A stretch of 64,000 bases of DNA from Macrostomum lignano. Taxonomy: Eukaryota. The notes under the pieces are model-generated. The model was not told the origin of the DNA and did no database searches. It was given only the letters and a program-made list of their open reading frames with translations. Below, piece after piece: positions 43,850 to 57,170 of the stretch (its first letter is position 1; every line of letters starts with the position of its first letter). Position numbers and translations under genes: made by a program. Location of the stretch: assembly GCA_002269645.1 (NCBI GenBank), contig NIVC01000313.1, positions 1 through 64,000 on the forward strand. The letters run 5' to 3'.

Positions 43850-46670
43850 CTGAATCCCACATCCAAAGAATCCCTCATCCAAAAAATCCCCCATCTATAA
43901 AATCTCTGATGCAAAGAATCTCACATGCAAAGAATTCCCTATCCAAAGAATCCGCCATCTTAAGAACCTCCATCGATAGAATCCACTCAATTCCCCACTC
44001 CACACAATCCACACAATTCCCCACTCAAGGAATCCTCCTATCTGAAGAATTCCCCATCCAATGAATCGCCCATCCATAGAATCTCACATGCAAAAAATCC
44101 TATATCCAAAGAATCCTCCATTCAAAGAACCCCCCATTGATAGAATTCCGATTCGAAGAATCCCCATCCAATGAATTTCCTATCCAAGGAATCCCCCATA
44201 CACAGAATCCCCATCCAAAGAATCTCAAATCCATCCCTATCCAAAGAATCCCCCATCCTTCCATATCCAAAGAATCCCAAATCCATCCATATCCAAAGAA
44301 TCCCCATCCATCCCTATCCAAAAAATCCTCATCGATCCATATCCAAAGAATCCCAAATCCATCCCTATCCAATGAATCCCCCATCCATCCATATCCAAAG
44401 AATCCCAAATCCATCCCTATCTAAAGAATCCCCCATCCATCCCTATCTAAAGAATCCTCCTATCCATCCCTATCCAGAAAAACCCGGCATCCATTCCTAT
44501 CTAAAGAATCCCCCAATCCATCCATATCCAAAGAATCCCCATCTAAATAATCGACATCCAAATAATCCCCATCCACAAAATCCCCATCTAAATAATCCAA
44601 AGATTCTCAAATCCAAATTATCCCTTATCTAAAAAATCATTGACAAAATAATCCCCTCATCTAAAGAACCCCCGTCCAAATAATCCCAATCCAAAGAATC
44701 CAAAGAATCCCCCTCTAGAAAACCACCCTCTAAAGAATCCACATCCAAATAATCCCCATTAACAGAAACCCCATCCAAAGAATCCAAAGAATCCAAAGAA
44801 TCCAAAGAATCTCCCATCCAAATAGAATCCTTGGCCAAAGAATCCCATCATCTACAGAACACCCATCCAAATAATCCCCATCTAAAGAATCCCCTCATGC
44901 AAATAATCTCCGTCCAAACAATCCAAATCCAATCCAATCCAATCCAAAAGATCCCTTTATCGGAAGAACCCTTCATCGAAAGAATCCCCCATCGAAGGAA
45001 GTTCCCAATGAATCATTCTTACCAAGCCTTGAAATCTCAGTAATTCCCCTCCCCAAGACTTGACATCTCAAAAATTACCCTTAAGCCTTGACATCTCAGT
45101 AATTCCCCCCCCCCTAAGACTTGACATCTTAGCAATTTCTCCCCGTCTCAAGTCTTGACATCTCAGAAATTCCCCCCCCCACGCCTTGACATCCCAGAAA
45201 TTCCCCCAGAAAGCCTTTATATCTCAGTAATTTCCCCAGTAAGTCTTGCCATCTCAGCAATTCCCCTCTATAAGACTTGACATCTAAGGAATTTCCCATT
45301 AAGCAATGAAATCTCAGTAATTCCCCCCAGTAAATCTTGACATCTTAGCAATTTCTCCCAGTCAAAAGCGTTGACACCTCAGCAATTCCCCCCCTAAGAC
45401 TTGACCTCCACAGAATCCCCGTTCAAAGAATCCCTCATCCAAAGAACCCCCCATCCATCCCTATCCAAAGAACCCCCATCCATCCCTATCCAAAGAATCC
45501 CCCATCCACCCCAATCCAAAGAATCCCCCTCTTAAGAATCTCCCATTCAAATAATCCCCCATCAAAAGAATCCTTCGCCAAAGAATCCCCTCATCTAAAG
45601 AACCACCGTCGAAATAGTCCCCATCCAAAGAATCCCCTCATAAAGAATCCCCCCAAATAATCTCATATCCAAAGGATCACTCTATAGAAAGAAGCCTTCA
45701 TCTAAAGAATCCCCCATTCAAAGAACCCTTCATCGAAATAATAATCCCCCAACGAAGGAATTCCCCAATGAATCACTATCCAAAAATATATATTAGAAGC
45801 ACCCTCCCTCATTCAAAGAATCCCCAATCCATAGAATTCCCCCCAAAGATATGACATCTCAGCAATTCGCCCTCAGGACTTGAAATCTCTGCAATTCCCT
45901 TCCCTAAGATTTTGACATCTCAGAAATTCCCCCAAGCCTTCACATCTCAGCAATTCGCCCTCAAGCCTTGGCATCTCAGTAATTCCCCCCCCCCCCCAAG
46001 CCTTGAAATCTCAGCAATTCCGTCTTACGTCTTGACATCTCGGCAAGTCCCTCTAAGCATTTGACATCTCAGGAATTTCCCCACCAAGCCTTGGCATCTC
46101 AGCAAGTCCCTCTTAAGCCTTGGCATCTCAGCAAGTCCCTCTTTAGCCTTGGCATCTCAGCAAGTCCCTCTTTAGCCTTGGCATCTCAGCAATTCCCCCC
46201 CCCAAGACTTGACATCTCAGGAATTTCCCCACCAAGCCTTGTTATCTCAGCCTCTTAAGCATTGACATATCAGCAATTCCCTCTTAAGCCTTGACATCTC
46301 AGTAATTTCCTCAGTAACTCTTGACATCTTAGCGATTTCTAACCGTCCAAAGCCTTGACATCTCAGTGATTCCCCCGAAGCCTTGACATCTCAGTGATTC
46401 CCCCGAAGCCTTGACATCTCAGTGATTCCCCCGAAGCCTTGACATCTCAGTGATTCCCCCGAAGCCTTGACATCTCAGCAATTCCCTCCCCCCTCTAAGA
46501 CTTGACATCTCAGGAATTCCCTCCCCCCCTCTAAGACTTGACATCTCAGGAATTTCCCCACCAAGCCTTGACATCTCAGTGATTCCCCCAGTTAGCAATC
46601 TCCCCCGAGCAAGCATTCCCAAAAGCAAGCGTCCTTCCGATAGCAAGCATCCCCTGATAGAAAGTACCCC
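43850..46670. repeat. Composite satellite: ATCCAAAGAATCCCC-type and GCCTTGACATCTCAG(C/T)AATTCCCC-type blocks
   Basis: Alternating blocks at 43850-45000, 45020-45410, 45410-45840 and 45850-46600. Confidence 0.9.
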
Positions 46671-47262
46671 CAGCAAGATTGTGAAACAATTTCGTCAGCT
46701 ATTACAATAATTAATTTCTTATCTATTGGAATAGTCCTTTTTAAAACTTTTCAAAATTTAAAGTTGAATAAAATTTTTGATTATACTACATGAACGCTCG
46801 TAGCTTCTTCTCTTTTACCTGATTTACTTGACGTTTTTAAGGTTCCTTTAGCTTTCTTGAACTTAAATTTTTTAATAAAAAACTTCAACACTCTAAAAAT
46901 TCGAACCCACGTCGCTGCATTAGCAGTTCAGTCTGTTTACCTCTAGGCTAGCTCTTATCGTTTTGATAACATGAATTGTAGCACTTATATATTTCAACAC
47001 TTTGAAAACTCCCAGCATAGTGTAGAAATCACTCGAAGCAGTTACGACGTAATCAATTTCTCAGGCAGTCAATATCAGTTTCAATTAATAAAGTCAACAA
47101 TTAAAGTCAACAATATGGTTACGCAATCTAAATTTAGATCTAATGGCGCTGGCTTGAATTGTGGAGTTGCGATAAGTGGGGGTTTGCGATATGAGAGAGC
47201 GTACAATGAGAATATAGAGTAAAAAGTATAGAAATTTCTTTTTAATGCTGTGCTTTTAATTT

Positions 47263-47400
47263 TTCAAATCTCAGCAAACAGATTATATTCTCGAACTCAG
47301 CGTTTTATTTTCAAATCTCAGCAAACAGATTATATTCTCGAACTCAGCGTTTCATTTTCAAATCTCAGCAAACAGATTATATTCTCGAACTCAGCGTTTC
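47263..47400. repeat. Tandem repeat of about 45-50 bp, 3 copies
   Basis: TTTCAAATCTCAGCAAACAGATTATATTCTCGAACTCAGCGTTT repeated. Confidence 0.9.
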
Positions 47401-48929
47401 AAGCTCTTTCCAGCAATACAAGGCTCTCTTCTGAAAGTGAAAAACTCGAAGCACAAACAACGGTTGGACATTCCTGCTTTAAAGCAGTCAAATTCATAAG
47501 GTGTACATTCAGCGCCAGCTACAGTGAGAGGCCTGCAGTTGATGCATTGAAATTCACAACCAAGCCAATGCCCGGGACTCATTGAATGGCAATACCCGCC
47601 CCTCAATTCAATAACTAAAAGGGGTTGCGCAACCTTTCAACGCTTATAGCTCTCCACGCCAGTGTAGAGAACCAATGCTATAGTTGGCACTGAGTTATGA
47701 TGCAATACAATTCCATCGGCAGTCAGAATGCTTCTCAATCAGAAAAAAACTGTTTGAACTTTAAAAAACAGGGCAAAAATCGAGTTTTTCGAACATTTAA
47801 TCCCTAAAAATGAAGCAATTTCTTAGCAAAATTTTGTGTACCAGCGCACCATTAATACGCATCGAATGCAGAAAACCCCGCGAAATTCGGACCACGCAGA
47901 GTCAAGTTAAACTAAGGTTCCTATAGATAGGTAGGTACATAGTTTTGATTTTTAGTATATTGGGAATGGGAATTGGGAATTCAATTCGTGTTGGATATCA
48001 GGATAAACAAAAAAGTTGAAAAGAAAACTGGGAAGACCAATAACTTGTTCCTTAATTGAGAAACTCATAGCAGTATTTAGTTCAGAAAATTGTCCATTAT
48101 TTGTAGTAAATGTTGAAGGTGCAGCCGCAGAGTTCTCCGTCTCCACTGAAGCCACTAGACAATGATAATGTTGCAGCAGACGACAACGCAATCAGGCCAT
48201 TGGCCGCAAGCACTGCACTGCCGCCTGCGCTGGTGCTCTGTCCACTACGACTGATCGCATCAGATATGTTGGACAGTCGTGACTTCTTCTTGGAGTATCG
48301 AATGTAGCGTTGCGTTGAAACGAACAGAACGATGACTAGTCACGTGACCAATTTCCTTCATTTAAAATCCGGCATTGTGCAGCTCCGTGAAAACAGTCGC
48401 TCTGATGCAATGAGGTTTATGCCTCCTTGACAGTCCGGCTTTCTCCGAAATGGTCTGCATCATCGTGCCCAGTGTGTTGTGTCCAACAGCCTGCTTTCCG
48501 AAATACCACAAGTTTGATGTAGGTTTCGCCCAATTAAGCGCCGAACGACTGAACTGCTCGTAACACCCAAGTGCTTAGCAGTCAAAATCTTCTTCACAAA
48601 ATACTTTAATAATAAAACCAGCAGCTAAAGCAATTGGATAAGAAACTGTCGTGCCGTGTAGTTGGCATAAAGAAACTTAAGGTTTATTTTAACTAGCAAG
48701 TAGCCTAATTAATATTGACACGAGCAGGGGCTGAGAGAACACGAAAATAGAGTCACGTGATGACAATCAACTACGTACAAGTACATGGAAGCTTAGGGGC
48801 ATGGCCAGTCAGAGCGAAGGGAGAGGAAAGAATGGTGTGCACGTACGATGCACGTACATAGCATAAGTTAGTTAGTTAGTCAGTGCCTAGAGCTCAGCGC
48901 TCCGGCACCACATTCCGTCATCACCAACG

Positions 48930-50310
48930 AGCTGTCAAGCGATCAAGAGGAACTCCCTTGTTGCCGCGCTCGCTCCTTCTGGGCCGCGGATCAGCCGTAT
49001 CGAGTTCACCGGCTTGGGGACGCTCAACAGTCGCTGACTCTCTCGATCGTTAGACGCGCCTCCGGGACGTCGAGCTCCGGACGGCCTCCGTCGGCTTCCG
49101 GCCCGGCCGCGGCCAGAAGTGGCCAAAGCTGATCCCTGTGCGCCAGGACGGGCCGGTCCGACTCGGTCCGAGTGACGATCGCCGTGTTGTGCCCGGCCTG
49201 CACGACGAACTCGGCAAGTTCTGGCTGTGCGCTTTGGCGAGCTTGGTAAACAACCGGGGCGTCCGTCTCGAAGGTCAGCGTCAACGGGCTTCTCAGCTGC
49301 CGACCGAGGGGCTGCCTCGGCGAGCAGAGCACGAGCAGATTGCACGAGCAGAGCTACATCAGCGCCGAGGGGCTGCCTCGGCCGTCACTACGTGGAGTCG
49401 CTCGGTAGTTCAGCAGGAGCTTGGACAGGTATGCGTCAAACGGTCCTTGATGAGCTGCAAACGCCTTGAGTCCTCGCTTGACAGTCTGCACCATCCGCTC
49501 GGCGCAGCCATTGGACTGCGGGTGGTACGGCGTGAAGAGCTGATTGCAGCCGATCCGCTCCAGCCAGCCTTTTTTTTTATTTTTTTATTAGAGGCAGGGG
49601 GGTTGTGTGCACCCTGGCGCACTTTAAGCGACATTGTCACACAACCGGCGAGAGGCATTACTGCCCATTTCGCCGACTCCCCTGAGCAGGCATACAAGCG
49701 CGCGGATACGTACGCAGGCACACACTCACACAGGAGTGTACAGCGGCCCTAACTTATTTTTATCGTTAGGCATGTACACTTCACTGCGATTTGGGGGTTG
49801 GCTCTCAAGGCCGTTAATTGCACGAGCAGAGCCAAGCCGAGATTCCAATTCAGCCCCAAACTAATGTGACTGCACTTGGAATCGAGCCTGGGTCGCTGGC
49901 ACACCAGAGCCTGCGCTAGACCGCTGGGCTACGGCCCCCCTTCCAGCCAGCCTTGAAGCTCCTGATCGTGGAACTCGGGTGCGTTGTCAGACACCAGAGT
50001 GAGCGGCATGCCTTGCCTCGCGAGGATGGCCCGTAGAACTCGAATCACTGTCCTCGCGCTCTTGTCTGCCACTTGTACGTCTTCCGGCCAGCCAGAGAAA
50101 GCGTCAACCAGCACCAAAATCAGGCCGACTCCCGACACGTGAGCATGGTCCATGTGTACCCGCTTCCAAGGCGTCTCCTCGATAGGCCACGTGTGCACCG
50201 TGCGGTTGGGCAGTGGTCGGATCCTCGTACATGTCGTGCACTGCTTCACATACCGCTCAACATCATCGCAGTGCCCCGGCCACCATGCTTCGCGACTCAC
50301 GAGCCATAGG
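48930..50310 (-). mobile_element. Gypsy integrase fragment interrupted by a SINE
   Basis: WWPGHCDDVERYVKQCTTC...VHMDHA...LVDAFSGWPE...LVSDNAPEF...ELQGWLE-[SINE]-RIGCNQLFTPYHPQSNGCAERMV. Confidence 0.85.
49572..49941 (-). mobile_element. tRNA-derived SINE, second copy
   Basis: Near-identical to 14725-15085 in reverse orientation. TSD TCCAGCCAGCCTT at 49559-49571 and 49942-49954; poly(A) tail. Confidence 0.88.
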
Positions 50311-51536
50311 CCATAGGCATAAAATAAAGTAAGAAAGTGGTGCTTCGCGTTCCTCCAACTTGGTCATAGACATAAAAAAATGGCAGCGGTCATTGATCGA
50401 AATGGTAAATTGTATAGTATGCAACTGAGTTGAATAATGGCCAAAACATGAGTGCGCGTAGCATACTGTACAAGGGCATTGTATTTATACTTTTACCCAG
50501 CGCCATGTTATTATTTCGCACTTTTTGAGGTCACTATTCAACACTTTCAGGCTCTGCTGCTATTGGCTGTTTTGCGATTTAGTTTACCATACACGAAACA
50601 CACGAGAGCTATACGAGGTCTGCTATATAATTAGATGGGCCATAGACAAAACAATTTCCTCCCCAGTAGAAAAAACATTCCGCCTAATGTTCCGGCGACC
50701 GTCCGAATTTGGACGGGCGGACGGATTTTAGGCGGAAAAATGTCCGCCCGCCTGGCATGCCTGGCGGGCCCGCCCCGGGCGACTGCATTTTATTTTTTGG
50801 GATAAATTTTTTAGAGTCTACTGTAAGTAGTATGTTTTGAAAATTCAACATTCCTATACTCGTACGTAGCTAGCTGGATCGACCATGCCTCGATTTTTGC
50901 TTCTTTCCGCCCCTCTCCTTTTAGTAGAAAAATGTTGATTGATTGTTGATTGGTGATTGTTTCGACACTAGTTACTAAATATATATTACGAGTACGAGTG
51001 TATATTTTATAGTTTATCAATTGTAGATAATACAGAGAAAAGTTTCATCGACATAAGTAATATAGACGATAGTAATAACTAATTTCACAGTTTATCTTAG
51101 TAAAAACTGAATATTGAATAATTAATAAAGTTATTGATCCCATAAAAATCGGCCCACTTAATGTTGATGGCTTTTTTCAGCTCTCTTCTCAGTTATCTCC
51201 TCTCTCCCCTCTTATCTCTTATCTCGATCCTCTCCTCTCCTCTCTTATCTCCTCTCGTCTCTTCTCCCCTGCTCATATATATCTTCTCTCCTGCTATCTT
51301 TTCTCTCATCGCATCTCTAATCTCGCCTCTCACCTATCATCTCTTTCTTCTTCTCTCTCTCCTCTATTCCCGCTCTTTCTCGCTCATCTGGTCCGCAACA
51401 ATAATCTAGAATTTTCATCTGGACTTCTAGTTTAAAAAGTTTGCCGACCTCTGATTTAATCAGTGCACATGATATACTAATTTAATCATCGGATGAGGAT
51501 GAATCGTCAATGATGGGCCGGAAATGAGTCATTTGG

Positions 51537-54100
51537 CTAGATGATATCGTTTTTCTCTTCTTGGCTGCGGGCGAACGGCGCTGCTGCACCGGTGTCGTGA
51601 CGCTGCGGTGTGGCTGGTGCAATTGACAAGCGTTGCTGCTGCTGTGCGGGCTGCTGCTGACATGTGCCGGTGAAATCGGTCACAGTTCGACGCCTATGGG
51701 CTCTGGGAGTGACGCGATCGTTGGCGTGCTTCAACGTAGCCTTAATGGCCTCCTTCACATCGTGTTTCAGCGTTGAAGGCGGCTTCTCCGGCGGCACATA
51801 AAAGTGTTTAGCGGCGTCTGTTATAAAAAGATGAGTAAGAAATTTCTGAGCGCTTATCACTAGGCATGCCAATGATGCGTTTAGATATAGAATATAAAAT
51901 ATTGAATATAGGTATAGTACTGTTGCCTAAATAAAATAGCTGTGTACATTGGACTGGCTGCTTAAAACAAAATTAAAATCGTTTAAAATACGCTCATACG
52001 GCCTATGTTTGCGCCAAGGTCCTCTCATGACTCCCTTCACTGGCTGACAACGTATTTTTAGCTGTTGTTGTCCCGAGCTAAGTCTTTGAAGATAGTTAAT
52101 ACTAGTAAGTTTACTTTTAGTAGCACGTTCCGAAAATTTACTTATGCGAATTTGCATCTCTCATTAATTTTTTAACCGCTCGAAAATTCTTACCGAGAAA
52201 AAGATCCAGGAAATTTTTACGGAAGCTTAGCTGCTTGTCGGTCAAATCAGTAGGAACTTCGTGCTGCACCTTGGCTGCCATGTTTAGTCCCAAGAGATTT
52301 ACACCCGTCTGTATGACCAGTGTCATGGCCGTGTCCAGCATTGCCCGGACGGATGATCGGAGGTCTGTTCCTTGGCAGCAGCGCAGCAACGCCACCTGTT
52401 TCAGATAATTCAAGTAACCGATATTGGTAATCATGCGAGTTTGCGTCAACATTTTATTGATTATTTAATAAACTCACCAGTTCCCGAATATTATCCAATG
52501 GGGATTTTGCGAAGTGGACGTAGTCCTGCCAACTGGAAGTAGGCCAGAAGCGCCTCGGCTGGTCTGTGGAAGCAGAGTTTTCAACCGATGCGACAGGCGC
52601 TGAGGTCGCGATCGCCGATATGCTAGCAAAAGCAGCACGTAATCCTGCCATGTCTTGCTGAAGAGCAGATAAATGCTTTTCGAGAGTGGCACGCGTCCGG
52701 TTCCCTTCTCTTAATAAACAGAGCAAGAATGTATGGCCCTCGGGACTTTTTAGGCTGCATTTAACCGCATCTTGTGCTTTCTGTCCCAGCCGATGGATGA
52801 CATCGGGACCCCAGTTCAAAAAAGAAAAGTCGTCAATTTCTGCCGCTGCCATTGAAGCTGATGAATCAGCATCAGCACCGGAAGACTGTTGCTCGAATGC
52901 TAGCATCGTTGATTCTGCTGCTGCCGCAGACCCAGCTGGAGACTTTGGAAGGCAGGTCAAGTCGGCGCTGAGAGCTCGATTGACCGCTGAACTCGTCGCT
53001 GCTGCCGCTGCCGCAGACCCAGCTGGAGACTCGGCAGCTGCAAGCGCCTGCTCGTTGGCCTCGGACCCCGAATGCGTCTCCCCTTCTTGAGAATCCTCCG
53101 AGTCTTGAGCCTGGGGCATGGGGAGAAGTTGAGCCTCTGTCTCCGGCCTTCGAAGCGAAACGACGGGCACCTGTTCGGCTGTCCTAACTTTGACGGCCCG
53201 ACCATGCACGAAAGCGTCGCTGGCAGGCAGGCAGCTCAGACATCTCTGACCTCTTTGCCTGTGTAATAAAGAAATTATTTTTATACGTTACTGCTACTGC
53301 TAGAAATTACGAAAGAAAACAGAGTACAGAGCCCTCTCTACCCCTGAAAACAAATGCATGCAAAGAATGTATAACAACAGCATATTTATTAAGAAACGAA
53401 CCTGTGACTGCCATAAACGACGAGCCCCCCTGGCATCGGAAGACTCAAAGACACGCGGTTGTAGCCTCGTCAGGATGTCGGGGATGCTGAACTTCTTCCG
53501 TAAGAGCTTTCGAACATACAAAATGCTAAGTGCGGTGTCATTTAAACCCGCCCCATCTGGTTCATGTAGGTGGACCTGGACAATTGACAGTGAAATAGAT
53601 AAATGCGTTACAGATAGCTATAAATAGGGTTATAAGCAATTTTAAGCGTACCATAGCAAGTGAGAGATTGAAACATTAATAGGCAGACAGATAACCAACC
53701 TGAACAATTATGGCGTTGTATACAATGCCTTCGTAGCTTGCGTCGCATATCCACGCCTGCTGCGAGAACTTCTTTTCAAGCCACTCATCCCGTGTCCAGT
53801 TTTCCATTTCTTCGGGTAGGAAGACATGGGATCCGTCCACCTAGACGAACTTTCTGTCCTTCTTAAGAATCACGATGAACTTCATCGTTTTTTGCTAATT
53901 GACGTCGACGAAACGAACTTCGTTGTCTAAATAAAACATATGCGCCTTATGTAATAAAACTGCTAGATGATGGCAGAGACGGGAGAGGAAATCAGCGAGT
54001 GAACAAAGCTTCATATCTGAATTCGGGTTTGGGGAGGTAAAAACATGAGGTGGTTCCAGTCCCATTTCATTGGCTCCTAGAAGTAATGTGGCCCTCCCTT
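51537..54100 (-). CDS. Spliced gene resembling DUF4806-type transposon accessory proteins (5' exons uncertain)
   Basis: GT-AG intron 52477-52396 joins NIREL to VALLRCCQGTDLRSSVRAMLD; donor at 52193; last exon has VKEAIKATLKHANDR. Domain resemblance judged by eye. Confidence 0.5.
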
Positions 54101-54429
54101 TAGCCAAGAATGAAAATTATGATGAATTTCAAAGAAGTTCAATTCCAAAGAATTCCTTATATCATAAATTTTTATCGTATTCACAGTGACACTTCCTGAA
54201 ATAAATTCTGTGAGAAAATCTCATCAAACAGCAGAAGAAATGGAGACGTATTGAGAGGCTGGCAGACACTCTATTCTGTGCAAATAACCAAAAAGATAAC
54301 GAAGTGAAGCACTCCGAAAACATCGAATTCTTTGACGCACTACAGGACCCTGTTGCTGAAGCAACGCCAACGGACTCCGCTAGCTTGGAAAATTTACCTG
54401 AGGAGCCACTGACAAGCGGCTTGGACTAA

Positions 54430-54730
54430 GAAGAAGACGTATTCCCAGAGGCCAACACAGATGATCAGCGGAGCGAGGAAGAGAAACTACGGGACCTTCT
54501 CATTGTCTTCTTTATTCTTTACAATATCCCACGTGAAGGCATACACTTTCTCTGTCAACAAGCTTGAAGTACCGGCTCCAAAGTCTGCTCACTACATTCA
54601 ACGTTTTATTGACGATGGAAAATCTGGAGGAAAGGAGAGGAATATTTCGATGGAAAAAATGGATGACGGGTACTTTAAGTACGTTTCCATAGTCGACAAT
54701 CTTAAATGGTTATTCTCTTTGATTATGTTT
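54430..54730 (+). pseudogene. Truncated N-terminus of an EnSpm-like transposase
   Basis: EEKLRDLL...YNIPREGIHFL / PAPKSAH...MEKMDDGYFKYVSIVDNL resembles the N-terminal region of animal CMC transposases; frameshifted and truncated. Confidence 0.4.
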
Positions 54731-55449
54731 TGCGATTCTCACAAATTAAAACTCTCTCTACAAAGCAACTATGGCTGCGCTTATTAAATGGAAACATCTT
54801 CCCGTGGGCTCGTTTTATTGAGTGATCTATTCAGCCCTCAGTGCCGGTGCACCCGACATTGCACTTTTCCTCACATGCCCGCCACCTGGCTTTGTCTGAA
54901 GGTTAACAAGTTTACTTAGTTATTAAAGATTAGGAAATTTACGCACACCGCCCAACCCCTTTCTGTGTGATTGTCTGAGCTGCCCGCCTAGCGTCCCACG
55001 TAGCGTCCCACCTTCACTCAGTTGTGACTTGTTCTTTGTGTACGCGCTCGCGCCGGCCAATCGGCGGCCGAGAAAGGTCTGTGGTTCCAAACTCTCTAGT
55101 AAACTCTCGGCTCCTCTGGCACGCTCCTCTGAGAAGTAAACTGCCTTCGCTTAAATTTCTTGGGCAAACTGCCTACTAGAGCTTTCGAGTTGTGGGTTCC
55201 AGGGACGGAACGGCTCAGTGTTCGATGCGATGTCACGCTCAGATATTACAGTCAGTTCGGGCCAGTGGGCTGCAGCGATCCTTAGCTCGTCCGCTGAAGG
55301 GGATTCTGAGTCACACTAGATCAGGCCTAGTCACAACAGTGGTCGTCCTGGGACTGATGGATCTGATCGCCAGATGGGTCCTTCGTTGATCGCGTGATGA
55401 CCCTGCTGAAGTAGAAGGCATGAGGGGGCTTTTGGGACAAAATTTTTCA

Positions 55450-55665
55450 CGTCCTCCATAATCCCATTAAATCCATCCATATTATCCCCGACAGAATCAG
55501 AAAAAAGGGGGGTCGCACTCGCTCACAAAACGTCCTCCATAATCCCATTAAATCCATCCATATTATCCTTGACAGAATCATGAAAAAGGGGAGGGGCCGC
55601 ACTTGCTCCGAAAAATTCGAACATAATCCCATTAAATCCATCCATATTATCCCTGACAGAATCAG
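55450..55665. repeat. Tandem repeat of about 81-84 bp, about 3 copies
   Basis: CATAATCCCATTAAATCCATCCATATTATCC at 55457, 55538 and 55622. Confidence 0.9.
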
Positions 55666-56153
55666 AGCAGGTGTCCACTGATACCTGTTATGCTCACTGA
55701 CACAGACATAATCCACTGACATCCACCCATAGCATCTTCGAAACAATAAGAAAATAATCTGCATTCTTCTTCCCACATTCAATTTGCAACGCGAAACCAG
55801 ATCCCTAAAACTTTAAATCAACTTCTTGCTGAAGTTATAAGGCAGTTGCATGTAGTTGCCAACTACAAGGTAGTACCTTGTAGAGTGTAGACGTACGTTC
55901 TAAAAATAAAACCCATGCCACGCACTCCACATGTGCTTTCCATTTTACTTCCGCTTTGGCAACCATTAATTGTTATTAATTTTTAACCATAAATTGAAAA
56001 TACTGCCTAGGTATAAATAAAAATGCCTATGCCTATAAATAGATTTCCGAACCCACACCAATTGTATATATACAGCCGATTCACACCGCCCCTCGCCTCA
56101 CCCTGCCTGCTCCACCTCGCCCTTGCTAAACCTTACTCGAATTTTTTAATCTA

Positions 56154-57113
56154 ATGGCTTCCAAGACGCCAAGTAAAATTCTAAATAAAATTAAAAACAT
56201 CAATACAAAGCACACAACCAGCACAGCAATCACCATCTCGGCAATGACTGAGGAAGAACAAGCTGCATTATTGAAAAGCCTTGAAAAGATTGATGAGCAA
56301 TCTTCTAAGAAGGAAAGATCCGAGAGGCCAAACGCGTTGATGTCGAGAATGAAAGAAGAGACGTACGGTTCATAGCAAAGTTAAAGGAAACGATGAACAA
56401 CATAAGAAAGGAAGAAATTGTGATCCAGACAAGGTAAGTCTTTTGCTTATTAGTTTACTTGTGAGCGATACTTGCTTATTACTTTTGCTCTCTACTAGTT
56501 TTTTAGTGAAACACATTGACAAAATTTCTCAAAATTCTTGATTGGGTGATTTAAACGTGATCAAACATGATTATAGATAGATTTGACATTAGATTAGAGA
56601 TCTATGCAAGCAAACCTTTGATCTAATTCACATTATGATTGCATATTATTTCTTTTTAGATTTAACAACGCCAGGGAGTTGTGCACGGCCGATGTGCCAG
56701 ACGATGAAGAGAGCATGCGCACGCAATACATCAATCTGGACTTCTTTATCGCAGACGTTGAAGTTCTGGGGTGTCTAGCGAAGAAAAAACAAGCGGAAGT
56801 ATTTGCAAAGTACAAGAACAAGTTTGGTCTAACAACGGAAGAGACAGCCAGACGCTTGGATACTCCGGTTAAATTTGGTCAGCGGCTTTTCACATTTCAT
56901 GGTTTATTAACCAAATTTCCTAACATCTTGTTCTCCGGCTACAGCATGGAGACATTGCTTACGTTCAAAAAGACCATCGAGAAGGAAGAATTCAACGACG
57001 AAAACTTCCGATGCAAGCTAGAAACGGAGTTCACAATAATATGGGAAGGTGAAGACGAAGACGAAAGAAGCCTGTTGGAAGAGACAGAGGAGAAGATGGA
57101 GACATTTGTTTAA
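56154..57113 (+). pseudogene. Orphan two-exon gene next to the Polinton; one frameshift in exon 1
   Basis: ATG at 56154; intron 56434-56659 (GTAAGT...TTTTTAG) joins IVIQTR to FNNAREL in frame with ORF 56679-57113. A one-base frameshift is needed between 56309 and 56372. Confidence 0.55.
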
Positions 57114-57170
57114 GCAGTGAAGAGGAAGAAGGAAGACGATGGACAATATGAAGGTGACTCTGAAAAAATA

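Larger units (their letters stand above)
50662..54790. mobile_element. Putative CACTA/EnSpm (CMC)-like transposon remnant
   Basis: Candidate left terminus CCCAGTAG followed by clustered (G)GCGGA/TCCGCC subterminal motifs, with divergent accessory gene and transposase N-terminus. Matching right TIR not found. Confidence 0.4.

Noticed and set aside
43895-46676. Pro/His/Ile-rich or Gly/Trp-rich ORFs
   Set aside because: Translations of satellite DNA on both strands with no domain signal.
51160-51410. Hydrophobic Leu/Ser-rich membrane protein ORF
   Set aside because: Translation of a CT-rich low-complexity tract.
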